A model generated the notes under the pieces. The model searched no databases. It saw only the letters and a list, made by a program, of their open reading frames with translations, and had not been told where the DNA came from. 60,621 bases of DNA from Candidatus Muproteobacteria bacterium RBG_16_65_34. GTDB lineage: Bacteria > Pseudomonadota > Gammaproteobacteria > Acidiferrobacterales > Sulfurifustaceae. The position numbers were made by a program, and so were the translations under genes. Location of the stretch: the NCBI GenBank assembly GCA_001785115.1, contig MFSU01000076.1:1-60621 (forward strand). The letters run 5' to 3'. The stretch's first letter is position 1. Each line of letters starts with the position of its first letter. Shown one piece after another: positions 28,297 to 38,210 of this stretch.

Positions 28297-29586
28297 CTAT
28301 TGTTGTTTTTCCCGGGCGATCGCGCGCCAGCCGATGTCGCTGCGGTACTGCGCGCCGCTCCAATGAATCCGCCGCACGGTGTCATACGCACGACTCTGCG
28401 CCGCGCTCACTGTAGCGCCGAGGCCCGTAACGCACAACACCCGCCCGCCGTTCGTGGCGACGACGCTGTCCTTGAGCGTCGTGCCGGCGTGGAAGACCTT
28501 GCAGTCCGGATCGTCCTGCGTCGGGAGCCCCGTGATGACATCGTCTTTGCTATAAGTGCCGGGATAGCCGCCCGCGGCCATGACTACCCCCAGGGCCGCG
28601 CGCGGGTCCCACCTGGCCTCGATGCGATCGAGCCGGCCGTCAAGCGCGGCCTCGATAAGCTCGATAAGGTCGGAACGAAGCCGCAACAGGATCGGCTGGG
28701 TCTCGGGATCGCCGAAGCGGCAGTTGAATTCAAGCACCTTCGACGTACCGTCCGGCGCGATCATCACGCCGGCGTAGAGGAAGCCGATGTACGGATGACC
28801 TTCCGCGCGCATGCCGCGCACGGTGGGCTCGATCACCTCGCGCAGGATGCGCGCATGGATCGCCGGCGTCACCACCGGCGCGGGCGAATATGCGCCCATG
28901 CCGCCGGTGTTGGGCCCGCGGTCGCCGTCGAGCAGGCGCTTGTGGTCCTGCGAGGTGGCGAGCGGCAGTACGTGTTCGCCGTCCACCATCACAATGAAGC
29001 TCGCCTCTTCGCCCGCGAGGAACTCCTCGATCACCACGCGATGGCCGGCCGCGCCGAATGCGTTGCCGGCGAGCATGTCGCGCGCGGCCTGGATCGCTTC
29101 GGCCACATCCCGCGCGATGACCACGCCCTTGCCGGCCGCGAGGCCGTCGGCCTTGACCACGATCGGCGCGCCCAGTTTTTTGATATAGGCCTCGGCTGCG
29201 GCGACGTCGGTGAAGTTGCCGTAGCCCGCGGTGGGAATTCCATGGCGCGCGAGGAAATCCTTGGCGAAGGCCTTGGAGCCCTCGAGCCGCGCGGCGTCCT
29301 TCGTGGGTCCGAAGCAGCGCAGCCCGGCCGCTTCGAAACGGTCCACGACGCCGAGCACGAGCGGCGCCTCGGGACCCACGACGGTGAGATCGACTTTATT
29401 GCCCTGCGCGAACCGAAGCAGCCCGTCGATGTCTTCCGCGCCGATTCCGACATTCTCGCATTTCGATTCGCGCGCGGTGCCGGCATTGCCGGGAGCGACG
29501 AAGACCTTCTCGACCCTGGGCGACAGTGCGGTCTTCCACGCGAGCGCGTGCTCCCGCCCGCCGCCGCCGATGATGAGAACTCTCAT
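28297..29586 (-). CDS. purD: Phosphoribosylamine-glycine ligase
   Basis: Start MRVLIIGGGGREHALAWK (cat at 29584-29586). Confidence 0.95.
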   Translation of the reverse strand: MRVLIIGGGGREHALAWKTALSPRVEKVFVAPGNAGTARESKCENVGIGAEDIDGLLRFAQGNKVDLTVVGPEAPLVLGVVDRFEAAGLRCFGPTKDAARLEGSKAFAKDFLARHGIPTAGYGNFTDVAAAEAYIKKLGAPIVVKADGLAAGKGVVIARDVAEAIQAARDMLAGNAFGAAGHRVVIEEFLAGEEASFIVMVDGEHVLPLATSQDHKRLLDGDRGPNTGGMGAYSPAPVVTPAIHARILREVIEPTVRGMRAEGHPYIGFLYAGVMIAPDGTSKVLEFNCRFGDPETQPILLRLRSDLIELIEAALDGRLDRIEARWDPRAALGVVMAAGGYPGTYSKDDVITGLPTQDDPDCKVFHAGTTLKDSVVATNGGRVLCVTGLGATVSAAQSRAYDTVRRIHWSGAQYRSDIGWRAIAREKQQ

Positions 29587-29598
29587 AAGAGTTCTTGA

Positions 29599-29686
29599 CG
29601 CAAAGGCGCAAAGACGCAAAGAAATACGAAATGAGTAGGCACGCTTAGTTTCCCTTTGCTTCTCTTTGCGCCTTCGCGTCTTTGCG
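29599..29686. repeat. Hairpin of tandem octamers: CGCAAAG x3 / CTTTGCG-type x4
   Basis: gacgcaaag gcgcaaag acgcaaag ... ctttgct..ctttgcg ccttcgcg tctttgcg. Confidence 0.9.
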
Positions 29687-29700
29687 TCAAATAATCATAT

Positions 29701-31266
29701 TCAATGCCGGAAGTGCCGCATGCCGGTGAACACCATCGCGATGCCGTGTTGGTTCGCGGCCTCGATCACCTCCTGATCGCGCATCGAGCCGCCCGGCTGG
29801 ATCACGGCGGTAATGCCCACTTCGGCCGCCTGGTCGAGGCCGTCGCGGAACGGGAAGAAGGCGTCCGAGGCCATCACCGACCCGCGCACCTCGAGGCCCG
29901 CGTCGGTCGCCTTGATCGAGGCGATGCGCGTGCTGTAGACGCGGCTCATCTGGCCGGCGCCCACGCCGATGGTGCGACCCTCCTTGCAGAAGACGATGGC
30001 GTTCGATTTGACGAACTTCACGACCTTCCAGGCGAACAGCAGGTCGCTCAGCTCCTGCGGCGTCGGCGCGCGCTGGGTGACGATCTTGAGGACCTTCTCC
30101 GTCACCATCGCGCGATCGACGCCCTGCACCAGCAGCCCGCCGGTCACGCGCTTGAAGTCGAGCGCCGCCGGGCGGCTAGCGCCCCAGGCGCCGCACTCGA
30201 GCACCCGCACGTTCGGCTTGGCCGCGAGGATCGGCTTCGCGTCCTCGTTTACCGCCGGCGCAATAATTACTTCGACGAACTGTCGATCGAGAATCGCCTT
30301 CGCGGTCGGCGCATCGAGCGCGCGGTTGAAGGCGATGATGCCGCCGAAGGCCGAGGTCGGGTCGGTGACGTAGGCGTGCGTGTACGCCTCGAGCGGGCTG
30401 TCGGCGATCGCCACACCGCAGGGATTGGCGTGCTTGACGATCACGCAGGCGGCTTCCTCGAAGGACTTGACGCACTCCAGGGCGGCGTCGGCATCGGCGA
30501 TGTTGTTGTACGAAAGCTCCTTGCCCTGCAGCATCCGCGCGGTCGCGATGCAGGCCTCGGCCGGGCGATGCTCGACGTAGAACGCCGCCTTCTGATGCGG
30601 GTTCTCGCCGTAACGCAGCGGGTAGGCGCGCACAAATTGCGTGCTATAGGTATGCGGAAAGTCCTCGTGCGCGCCGTCCGAGCGCGCGGCCCCGAGGTAG
30701 TTGGCGATCGCACCGTCGTAGCGCGCGGTGTGCTCGAAGGCCTTGACCGCCAGGCGATAGCGCAAGTCCCGGCCGACGGCGCCGCGGTTGCGGCGCATCT
30801 CATCCAGCACCGCCGCGTAGTCGCGGTTGTCCACGACCACCGTGACCGCGGTGTAGTTCTTGGCCGCGGCGCGCAGCATCGTCGGGCCGCCGATATCGAT
30901 GTTCTCGATCGCAAGCTCGAGCGTGCAGTCGGGCTTCGCGACGGTCTCCTCGAAGGGATAGAGGTTCACCGCCACCAGGTCGATCGGCGGGATGCCGTGC
31001 CGCTGCATCTCCTTGAGGTGGCTGTCGCGATCGCGTCGGCCGAGGATGCCGCCGTGGATCTTGGGGTGCAGGGTCTTGAGCCGGCCGTCGAGCATTTCGG
31101 GAAAGCCGGTGTAGTCGCCGACCTCCGTCACCGCCACGCCGTTTTGCGCCAGCAGCTTCGCCGTACCGCCGGTGGAGAGGATCTCGACGCCGAGTTCCCT
31201 GAGGCCCTTGGCGAACTCGACGATACCGGTTTTGTCCGAGACGCTGATTAAGGCGCGCTGAATCAT
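29701..31266 (-). CDS. purH: Bifunctional AICAR transformylase / IMP cyclohydrolase
   Basis: 521 aa, full-length PurH-like ([19 protein letters not shown]...). Confidence 0.95.
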   Translation of the reverse strand: MIQRALISVSDKTGIVEFAKGLRELGVEILSTGGTAKLLAQNGVAVTEVGDYTGFPEMLDGRLKTLHPKIHGGILGRRDRDSHLKEMQRHGIPPIDLVAVNLYPFEETVAKPDCTLELAIENIDIGGPTMLRAAAKNYTAVTVVVDNRDYAAVLDEMRRNRGAVGRDLRYRLAVKAFEHTARYDGAIANYLGAARSDGAHEDFPHTYSTQFVRAYPLRYGENPHQKAAFYVEHRPAEACIATARMLQGKELSYNNIADADAALECVKSFEEAACVIVKHANPCGVAIADSPLEAYTHAYVTDPTSAFGGIIAFNRALDAPTAKAILDRQFVEVIIAPAVNEDAKPILAAKPNVRVLECGAWGASRPAALDFKRVTGGLLVQGVDRAMVTEKVLKIVTQRAPTPQELSDLLFAWKVVKFVKSNAIVFCKEGRTIGVGAGQMSRVYSTRIASIKATDAGLEVRGSVMASDAFFPFRDGLDQAAEVGITAVIQPGGSMRDQEVIEAANQHGIAMVFTGMRHFRH

Positions 31267-31267
31267 G

Positions 31268-31487
31268 GCGAATGCGAAGTGCGGAATTCGGAATGCGGAA
31301 TTTCAAAAAGTTGAAAACAATTAACCGCAGATGAACGCAGATAAACGCGGATATTCAAAGTGCTGCCTGCATTTACAATGCCCGGCGAAAGGGTGATCGG
31401 CTTAGGTGTTCTCTGCGTCTTTGTGTCTCTGCGTCGAATATTCATACAAACCGGGTTTTCCTCGATATTCCGCATTCCGAACTCCGC
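31268..31487. repeat. Nested palindrome of two unit families: outer GCGGAAT-type x5 / ATTCCGC x3, inner AACGCAGAT decamers x3 / TCTGCGT-type octamers x3
   Basis: Outer arms 31268-31303 and 31467-31487; inner arms 31323-31352 and 31411-31434. Confidence 0.85.
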
Positions 31488-31489
31488 AT

Positions 31490-31735
31490 TTACTTGTCGA
31501 GTTTGTGCAGCTTCAGTTTCTTGCGCAGCGTGTTGCGGTTGATGCCCAGGATCTCGGAGGCCTTGCACTGGTTGCTCTTGGCGTGGCGCATGACGATCTC
31601 GAGCATCGGCTTCTCCACCTCGTGGATCACCATCTCGTATATGCCCGTGACCTTCTCCCCGTTGACGTCGCTGAAGTAGCGTTCAAGCGCACTCTTGACG
31701 CACGCGGCGATGGGGCTTTTGCGCTCCTTCGTCAT
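31490..31735 (-). CDS. fis: DNA-binding protein Fis
   Basis: 81 aa. C-terminal HTH QCKASEILGINRNTLRKKLK. Overlaps the dusB stop, the conserved dusB-fis arrangement. Confidence 0.9.
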   Translation of the reverse strand: MTKERKSPIAACVKSALERYFSDVNGEKVTGIYEMVIHEVEKPMLEIVMRHAKSNQCKASEILGINRNTLRKKLKLHKLDK

Positions 31736-32718
31736 GCCGCCAGCCTCTCGCTCTCGATCTGCCGGGCGAAGAATTCGCGCACCAGGGCGAGCTGCTCACG
31801 CACCGTTTCCGCGCGGTTGACGGTATTGCGGAACACCGCGGCGCCCGCATGTCCCTTGCTGTACCAGGAGATGTGCTTGCGCGCCATGCGCACGCCGGCG
31901 TGCTCGCCGTAGAAGGCGTACAGGTTCTCGAGGTGCGCGAGCAGCGTATCGCGCACCTCCGCGATTGCGGGCGGCGGAAGCCTCTGGCCGGTGGCGAGAC
32001 AGTGCGCTATCTCCCGGAAAATCCACGGGTTTCCTTGGGCGGCGCGCCCGATCATGACCCCATCGACGCCGGTGTAGCGCAGCACTTGGGCGGCCGTTTC
32101 CGGGGAGGCGATGTCGCCGTTGGCGATCACGGGGATGCGCACCGCCGCCTTGACGGCGGCGATGGTGTCGTACTCGGCCGCGCCCTGAAACAGATCGGCG
32201 CGCGTGCGCCCGTGCACGGCGAGCAATTGGATGCCGGCGTCCTCGGCGATGTGCGCGATCGCCACGGCGTTGCGGTGACGCCGGTCCCAGCCGGTGCGGA
32301 TCTTCAGGGTCACCGGCGCGTCCACGCTCTGCACCACCGCACGAAGAATTTCGGCGACCAGCTTTTCGTTTTGGAGCAGCGCGGAACCGGCGTACACATT
32401 GCAGATCTTTTTCGCCGGACAGCCCATGTTGATATCGACGATCTGCGCGCCGCGTTCGACATTGTAGCGCGCGGCCTGCGCGAGCAACGCCGGATCGCTG
32501 CCCACGATCTGCACCGCGCGCGGCTCGTCTTCGCCGCAGTGATCGGCGCGCCGGCGCGTCTTCTCGCTGCCCCACAGCAGCGAGTTCGATGCGACCATCT
32601 CGGAGACCGCCATGCCCGCGCCGAGCCTGCGGCACAACTGGCGGAACGGCCTGTCGGTGACGCCCGCCATTGGGGCGAGGAAGAGATTGTTCTTTAGTGT
32701 ATAGGGTCCGATTCTCAT
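31732..32718 (-). CDS. dusB: tRNA-dihydrouridine synthase B
   Basis: 328 aa. LAPMAGVTDRPFR and DINMGCPAKK motifs. Confidence 0.9.
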   Translation of the reverse strand: MRIGPYTLKNNLFLAPMAGVTDRPFRQLCRRLGAGMAVSEMVASNSLLWGSEKTRRRADHCGEDEPRAVQIVGSDPALLAQAARYNVERGAQIVDINMGCPAKKICNVYAGSALLQNEKLVAEILRAVVQSVDAPVTLKIRTGWDRRHRNAVAIAHIAEDAGIQLLAVHGRTRADLFQGAAEYDTIAAVKAAVRIPVIANGDIASPETAAQVLRYTGVDGVMIGRAAQGNPWIFREIAHCLATGQRLPPPAIAEVRDTLLAHLENLYAFYGEHAGVRMARKHISWYSKGHAGAAVFRNTVNRAETVREQLALVREFFARQIESERLAA

Positions 32719-32986
32719 GTCGGATCTCTTTACCCTTTCGCGTATCCGCGAGGAAAGGGGCGAATCATAACCAAAAATTCCGCACGCTGGGAAGGGGGGA
32801 GCGACGAGCGGAAGACCTCACCAGGTTGTTGCAAAGTTGAACGGTTTTAAATTCGGTGACGCAATTCGGGAATTCGGTGTCGATGTAGAGCTAACCGGGC
32901 GCGGCGCAACAACAATTTATTTTAGTTACGTACGCAAACTGCCGCTGTAGCCCCTGATTTCCGAAAATTGATTCTGTTCTTGCCGA

Positions 32987-33763
32987 TCAAGGCGGTGTCA
33001 CCAGGCGAACTTCATAACCGACCGCCTTGTTATTCGGATTGGTGACGTTGAGTTGCGCCGATGCGACAACGTTCGGGAGCAAACGGTCTTTGACGGCCGG
33101 CGGTTCCAGATATTGATCGGGCGAAAACGCGCGTCGGGCGAGGAGATTTCCGCCGTTGTCGGTCAGGCCCACCTCTATCAGCGGGTAGTTCTGCGCGTAC
33201 GCCGCGCGGTTGACCAGGACGACGTGGATGCGCAGTACGTTTTCGTATTTGGGATGTGGCGCGATTCGGGTTTGCTCGAGGACCTCGACTTGCGAAACAT
33301 CCCGCCGCTCCCGGATCTCACAGTCCAGGTGCTCACAGAATGCGAGCAGCGGCGGACGTAGCTCCGGGTACTGCGCCAGTTCATCGCGATAAAAGTATGC
33401 GAGTTGAAAGGCGAGCAGCAGAAGCAACGCCACATCGCCGAGCGCCCAGAAAACCGGCGGAATCCGCCGCCCGGGGCTTGCCAGCAGGGTAAGCTCGGTG
33501 ACCGTGGGGATGCCGCCCGGGTCGGTCGCCACCGGCGCCGGCACCGGTTTGCGTTCGGTTGTCTCCGCATCCCCCCCCGCGCGCGCGGCGTCAGAGGCTT
33601 GCGGCTGCTCTTGCGCTGCGATCGCAGGCGGTTCGTTGAACAGATGCTGCTCGGCATGGAACACGGCGGCGCATTTCCCGCAGCGCACACGGCCCTCGCG
33701 GGCGCTCAACTGCGCCTCGGTGATCTTAAAGACGGTGTGGCAGTCCGGGCAGCGGGTGTACAT
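32987..33763 (-). CDS. Zinc-ribbon (MJ0042-type) plus DUF3426 membrane protein
   Basis: MYTRCPDCHTVFKI...VRCGKCAAVF, one TM segment. Sits between prmA and dusB, as in pseudomonads. Confidence 0.7.
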   Translation of the reverse strand: MYTRCPDCHTVFKITEAQLSAREGRVRCGKCAAVFHAEQHLFNEPPAIAAQEQPQASDAARAGGDAETTERKPVPAPVATDPGGIPTVTELTLLASPGRRIPPVFWALGDVALLLLLAFQLAYFYRDELAQYPELRPPLLAFCEHLDCEIRERRDVSQVEVLEQTRIAPHPKYENVLRIHVVLVNRAAYAQNYPLIEVGLTDNGGNLLARRAFSPDQYLEPPAVKDRLLPNVVASAQLNVTNPNNKAVGYEVRLVTPP

Positions 33764-33790
33764 GGGTTATCCTAAAAACGGCATTTGAAC

Positions 33791-33905
33791 CGCCAAGACG
33801 CCAAGATCGCCAAGAGAATCAAAACGCTAAGAATGAAATGCGGCACACCAATTGGGTGACGCACTTTTGGGGCGTAAGTCGTGCATTCACTTGGCGTCCT
33901 TGGCG
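33791..33905. repeat. Hairpin arms CGCCAAG x3 (8-9 nt period) / CTTGGCG x2 with a ~75-nt loop
   Basis: cgccaag at 33791, 33799 and 33808; cttggcg at 33890 and 33899. Confidence 0.8.
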
Positions 33906-33932
33906 GTTAGACTGCTTTTTCTAGGATTAAAT

Positions 33933-33962
33933 ATCCGCGGTTATCTGCGTTGATCTGCGGTT
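33933..33962. repeat. Decamer array ATCTGCGGTT-type x3 (inverted orientation of the AACGCAGAT family)
   Basis: atccgcggtt atctgcgttg atctgcggtt. Differs at 2 of 30 positions from the reverse complement of 31323-31352. Confidence 0.9.
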
Positions 33963-33980
33963 AACTGCTTCTTCCAGTAT

Positions 33981-34865
33981 TTATGAATTCACGCGCCGGG
34001 TGCCGGCGAGCAGCACCCATCCGTGGTCCGGGCGCGTCTCGAACGCAAATTCAGGCGCATACTGCACGCGTACCTCATCGGCCTGCTCCGCCAGGATACC
34101 CGAAAGCGCGAGCCTGCCGCCCGGGCGCGCCCGGCCCTTGAGCTGCGGCGCCAGCTCGATGAGCGCACCCGCGAGGATGTTGGCCACCACGATATCCGCC
34201 GCGAATTCCGGCGCCAGGTCCTCGGGTGGCAATACCCGCAGGCGCTCGGCGACCGCGTTACGCGCCGCGTTTTGGTGCGTGACTGCGAGCGCTTGCGGGT
34301 CAATGTCCACGGCATAGGCCTCTTTCGCGCCGAGCTTGAGCGCCGCGATCGCGAGGATTCCCGAGCCGCAGCCGTAGTCGAGCACGGTCTTGCCTGCGAG
34401 CGCCTGCTCCGAGAGCCACTCAAGGCAAAGCGCCGTGGTCGGATGGTCGCCGGTGCCGAAGGCAAGCCCGGGGTCGAGGACGATATTGATCGCCGTGGGA
34501 TCGGGTGGGGTGCGCCAACTCGGGCAGACCCACAGATTGTGCCCGACCTGAAGCGGCTTGTAGTGAGCCATCCAGGAGCAGGCCCAGTCCTGATCGGCGA
34601 GCAGGTCGGTCTGGTGTCCGGCGACCTCGTGCCCGAGCGCCTGGGCCACCTGCGCCAGCACCGCCTCCACATCCGCGTACTCGGGGAACAGCGCGGTCAG
34701 CCGGACCGCAGACCAGATCGGCGGCCGCTCCCAGGCGATCTCGAAGACCGGTTCGTCGGCGGCGTCCTCCAAGGTGACCGCGATTGCCCCGCATTCCTCG
34801 AGGCAGGCGGCGAGCCGCTCGGCCTCGTCCTTGTCCGAGTGCAGCTTGAGTTTCAGCCAAGGCAT
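33981..34865 (-). CDS. prmA: Ribosomal protein L11 methyltransferase
   Basis: 294 aa. MPWLKLKL, FGTGDHPTT and DYGCGSGILA. Confidence 0.9.
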   Translation of the reverse strand: MPWLKLKLHSDKDEAERLAACLEECGAIAVTLEDAADEPVFEIAWERPPIWSAVRLTALFPEYADVEAVLAQVAQALGHEVAGHQTDLLADQDWACSWMAHYKPLQVGHNLWVCPSWRTPPDPTAINIVLDPGLAFGTGDHPTTALCLEWLSEQALAGKTVLDYGCGSGILAIAALKLGAKEAYAVDIDPQALAVTHQNAARNAVAERLRVLPPEDLAPEFAADIVVANILAGALIELAPQLKGRARPGGRLALSGILAEQADEVRVQYAPEFAFETRPDHGWVLLAGTRRVNS

Positions 34866-34872
34866 AAAAAGC

Positions 34873-34937
34873 GTGAGGAGTCAGGGGTGAGGAGCGAAAG
34901 GCACATAACGATTTTACCCCTCACACCTCACCCCTCA
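34873..34937. repeat. Hairpin of heptamers: GTGAGGA-type x4 / CCCCTCA-type x3
   Basis: gtgagga gtcaggg gtgagga gcgaaag ... cccctca cacctca cccctca. Confidence 0.9.
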
Positions 34938-34942
34938 CGCGG

Positions 34943-36289
34943 TTAGCTCTGCAACCCAAGCTTCTTCTGCAGATAGTGGATGTTGACGCCCCCGTTCAGA
35001 AACGCGGCGTCATTCATGATCTCCTGGTGCAGCAGGATGTTGGTCTTGATGCCGTCGATGTACATTTCCGAAAGCGCGATGCGCATCCGCGCGATGGCGA
35101 CCGCGCGGGTCTCGCCGTAGGCGATGAGCTTGGCGATCATCGAATCGTAATAGGGCGGCACCGTGTAATTGTTGTAGATGTGGGTGTCGACGCGGATCCC
35201 GGGCCCGCCCGGGGGATGGTACTGGGTAATGCGCCCGGGCGAGGGGACGAAGCTGCGCGGGTCCTCGGCGTTGATGCGGCATTCGACGGCGTGGCCGCGC
35301 CAGGCGATGTCTCGCTGGCGGTGGGAGAGCCGTTCGCCCGCGGCGATCAGGATCTGCTCGCGCACGATGTCCACGCCCGTCACCATTTCGGTCACCGGAT
35401 GCTCCACCTGCACGCGCGTGTTCATCTCGATGAAATAGAACTCGCCGTTCTGGTACAGGAACTCGAAGGTGCCGGCGCCGCGATAGCCGATCTTGCGGCA
35501 GGCCTCGGCACAGCGCTCGCCGATCCGGTGCCTGAGTTTCTCCGGCAGACCCGGCGCCGGGCATTCTTCCACGACCTTCTGGTGGCGCCGTTGCAGCGAG
35601 CAGTCGCGCTCGCCGAGATGAATCGCATTGCCATGGGTGTCGGCGAGTACCTGGAATTCGATGTGCCGCGGATCGTCGAGATATTTCTCGAGGTACACCG
35701 TGTCGTTGCCGAACGCGGCCTTGGCCTCGGCGCGCGTAAGCGATACGGAGCTTAAGAGCGCCGCCCAGGTGTGCACCACGCGCATGCCCTTGCCGCCGCC
35801 GCCGGCGGCGGCCTTGATGAGCACGGGGTAGCCGATGTCGGCGGCGAGTTTCAGGATCTTGTCCTCATCCTCGGGCAACGGGCCGTCGGAGCCCGGCACG
35901 CAGGGCACGCCGGCCTTTTTCATCGCCTTGATCGCGGAGATCTTGTCGCCCATGAGCCGGATGGTCTCGGCGCGCGGGCCGATGAAGATGAAGCCGCTTT
36001 GCTCCACGCGCTCGGCGAAATCGGCGTTCTCCGAGAGAAACCCGTAGCCCGGATGGATGGCTTGGGCATCGGTGACCTCGGCGGCACTGATGACCGCGGG
36101 GACGTTCAGGTAGCTGTCGCTGGCGCGCGCCGGGCCGATGCAGACCGATTCATCCGCGAGCCGCACGTATTTGGCCTCGCGATCGGCCTCGGAGTGCACC
36201 GCGACCGTGCGAACGCCGAGCGTGCGACAGGCGCGCTGGATGCGCAGCGCGATCTCGCCGCGGTTGGCAATGACGATTTTTTCGATCAT
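34943..36289 (-). CDS. accC: Acetyl-CoA carboxylase, biotin carboxylase subunit
   Basis: 448 aa, [17 protein letters not shown]... Confidence 0.95.
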   Translation of the reverse strand: MIEKIVIANRGEIALRIQRACRTLGVRTVAVHSEADREAKYVRLADESVCIGPARASDSYLNVPAVISAAEVTDAQAIHPGYGFLSENADFAERVEQSGFIFIGPRAETIRLMGDKISAIKAMKKAGVPCVPGSDGPLPEDEDKILKLAADIGYPVLIKAAAGGGGKGMRVVHTWAALLSSVSLTRAEAKAAFGNDTVYLEKYLDDPRHIEFQVLADTHGNAIHLGERDCSLQRRHQKVVEECPAPGLPEKLRHRIGERCAEACRKIGYRGAGTFEFLYQNGEFYFIEMNTRVQVEHPVTEMVTGVDIVREQILIAAGERLSHRQRDIAWRGHAVECRINAEDPRSFVPSPGRITQYHPPGGPGIRVDTHIYNNYTVPPYYDSMIAKLIAYGETRAVAIARMRIALSEMYIDGIKTNILLHQEIMNDAAFLNGGVNIHYLQKKLGLQS

Positions 36290-36300
36290 ATGATTTTTGG

Positions 36301-36352
36301 AACGCAGATAAACACAGATGCGATTACCGAAAAAACAGCGCTAATCTGCGTC
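36301..36352. repeat. AACGCAGAT-family short hairpin (2 decamers / 1 inverted unit)
   Basis: aacgcagata aacacagatg ... aatctgcgtc. Confidence 0.7.
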
Positions 36353-36360
36353 AAGAATTC

Positions 36361-36807
36361 TTATTCAATAACGAACAGCGGCTCGCCGAACTCCACCGGC
36401 TGGCCGTTTTCCTTGAGGATCGCCTTGACGATGCCGGCCTTGTCGGCCTCGATGGCGTTCATCATCTTCATCGCCTCGATGATGCACAGGGTGTCGCCGA
36501 TACTGACCTGGCTGCCGACCTCGACGAAAGACTTCGCCCCGGGGGAGGGGGTGCGGTAAAAGGTGCCGACCATGGGTGAGGTAACGACGTGCCCGGCAGG
36601 CAGCCCGGGTTTGGCCGCGTCTGCCGGGGCGGGTGACTGAACGGGCGCCGGGGCATGACCCGTGACCGGCGCCGCGGATACGGCGGCCACGGCGCCGCCG
36701 CTCGTGCGGCTGATACGTATGGATTCCTCGCCTTCCTTGATCTCGATTTCTGCGAGGCTCGACTCCTCCAGCATCTCGATCAATTTCTTGACCTTGCGTA
36801 TGTCCAT
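36361..36807 (-). CDS. accB: Biotin carboxyl carrier protein
   Basis: 148 aa with the EAMKMMN biotinylation motif. Confidence 0.95.
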   Translation of the reverse strand: MDIRKVKKLIEMLEESSLAEIEIKEGEESIRISRTSGGAVAAVSAAPVTGHAPAPVQSPAPADAAKPGLPAGHVVTSPMVGTFYRTPSPGAKSFVEVGSQVSIGDTLCIIEAMKMMNAIEADKAGIVKAILKENGQPVEFGEPLFVIE

Positions 36808-36829
36808 TTTTACTCCTTTAAAACTGCGT

Positions 36830-36910
36830 AACCGCAGATGAACACGGATAAACGCAGATAAAAATCAAAACAGATTCGGCTTTTTCAATAATCTGCGTTT
36901 ATCTGCGGTT
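36830..36910. repeat. AACGCAGAT-family hairpin: decamers x3 / inverted decamers x2
   Basis: aaccgcagat gaacacggat aaacgcagat ... atctgcgttt atctgcggtt. Abuts the aroQ stop. Confidence 0.9.
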
Positions 36911-37354
36911 TCACTTCTTTTTTAGTTTTTCAATCGCTGCGGCAAGGGCCAGCTCGTAGCCCTGGGCCCCGAGGCCACTGATTACGCCCGCGGCGAGGTC
37001 GGAGAAGTACGAATGCTTGCGGAACGACTCGCGGGCGTGCACGTTGGAGAGATGGACCTCGATGAAGGGGATCTTGGCCGCCGCCAGCGTGTCGCGCAGC
37101 GCGATACTTGTGTGGGTAAAGGCGGCGGGGTTGATAACGATGAATGCCACGCCTTCTTTCATCGCCTGCTGGACCCGCCCAACGAGTTCGTGCTCGGCGT
37201 TGCTCTGGAAAAACCCAATCCGGTGTCCCGCCGCTTCGGCCTGCTGCGCCAGACGCGCGTTGATGCGCTCGAGGGTGTCCGCGCCATAGTGCTCCGGCTC
37301 GCGTTCGCCGAGCAGGTTCAAGTTGGGACCATTCAGGACCAGCAGTTCAGCCAT
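36911..37354 (-). CDS. aroQ: Type II 3-dehydroquinate dehydratase
   Basis: 147 aa, [20 protein letters not shown]. Confidence 0.95.
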   Translation of the reverse strand: MAELLVLNGPNLNLLGEREPEHYGADTLERINARLAQQAEAAGHRIGFFQSNAEHELVGRVQQAMKEGVAFIVINPAAFTHTSIALRDTLAAAKIPFIEVHLSNVHARESFRKHSYFSDLAAGVISGLGAQGYELALAAAIEKLKKK

Positions 37355-37566
37355 AAAAGGGCGATTCGGCGGTTAAGCGGCGGAGAATCTTCGCGTCAGC
37401 GCTGAAATTGCGCAATAACGCTTTCAATTGTTGCTATCTTCGGAGAGGCGACATTGTGCCTAGGCCATCCCGGTTTGTCCAGACGGTCGGCCGCGGCCCG
37501 AGAGATGGCGGTTAAAACACGAAAGATCGCGGCAAGTTACCGGCAAAAAACCGGATGTTCAGTAAA

Positions 37567-38109
37567 TCAGGTCCGCAGGGCCGCCTGAACGAGATTCAGA
37601 ATCTCATCGCGCTTAAAGACCCCGAGCTTGCGTGTAATGACCTCACCATTGCGGCCGATCACCACGCTGAAAGGAAGCGCGCCGGGGGTGTTGCCGTACT
37701 GCTTCATCAGGGGGAGCCCCTCGTCCCTGCCGAGCAGCAAGGGGTAGTTGATCCCTGCGGTTTTGCGGTAGGACGCGACGTTGTCTTTGGAATCTATGGC
37801 GATGCCCACGATTTGCAGCCCCTGCGCCGCGTATTTGTTTTGCAGCTCGATGAACAGCGGGATCTCGTCCCGGCACGGAGGGCACCAGGTGGCCCAGAAG
37901 TTAAGTACCACCACCCGTCCGGCCCAGTCGCCCGGCGCTCTGGCTTTCCCCTCGAGGTCGGGGAGCGCAAATTCGACCTTTCCGGTTGGCGCCTCGCCCA
38001 GCCGGGAAGAGGGGCCGGTGGTAGTGAGCTTCTGGCCGACCGAGTAGGCGCCGGCGACGGCGGCCAGCGCCGTTACCAGGAGCAGGATGTTTCTTGTGGA
38101 TGAAGTCAT
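37567..38109 (-). CDS. TlpA/ResA-like periplasmic thiol:disulfide oxidoreductase
   Basis: WATWCPPC motif. Start MTSSTRNILLLV (cat at 38107-38109). The longer ORF-track start lies inside the heptamer array. Confidence 0.8.
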   Translation of the reverse strand: MTSSTRNILLLVTALAAVAGAYSVGQKLTTTGPSSRLGEAPTGKVEFALPDLEGKARAPGDWAGRVVVLNFWATWCPPCRDEIPLFIELQNKYAAQGLQIVGIAIDSKDNVASYRKTAGINYPLLLGRDEGLPLMKQYGNTPGALPFSVVIGRNGEVITRKLGVFKRDEILNLVQAALRT

Positions 38110-38123
38110 GAGTGGCTCATAAA

Positions 38124-38210
38124 CGGTGAACAGTGATCCGTGAACCGGGAACAATAGGCGGCTGTGTTTTCGGTTTACCGATCACCGATTACCGTTCACT
38201 GTTCACGGCT
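38124..38210. repeat. GTGA-family hairpin of heptamers: CGGTGAA-type x4 / (T/C)ACCGAT, CACTGTT-type x5
   Basis: cggtgaa cagtgat ccgtgaa ccgggaa ... taccgat caccgat taccgtt cactgtt cacggct. Confidence 0.9.

Noticed and set aside
28300-31251. 432-aa and 515-aa plus-strand ORFs
   Set aside because: They are antisense to purD and purH.
37355-37566. Possible terminator at ccggcaaaaaaccgg (about 37541-37555)
   Set aside because: The stem is only 4 bp and there is no convincing U-tract on either strand.
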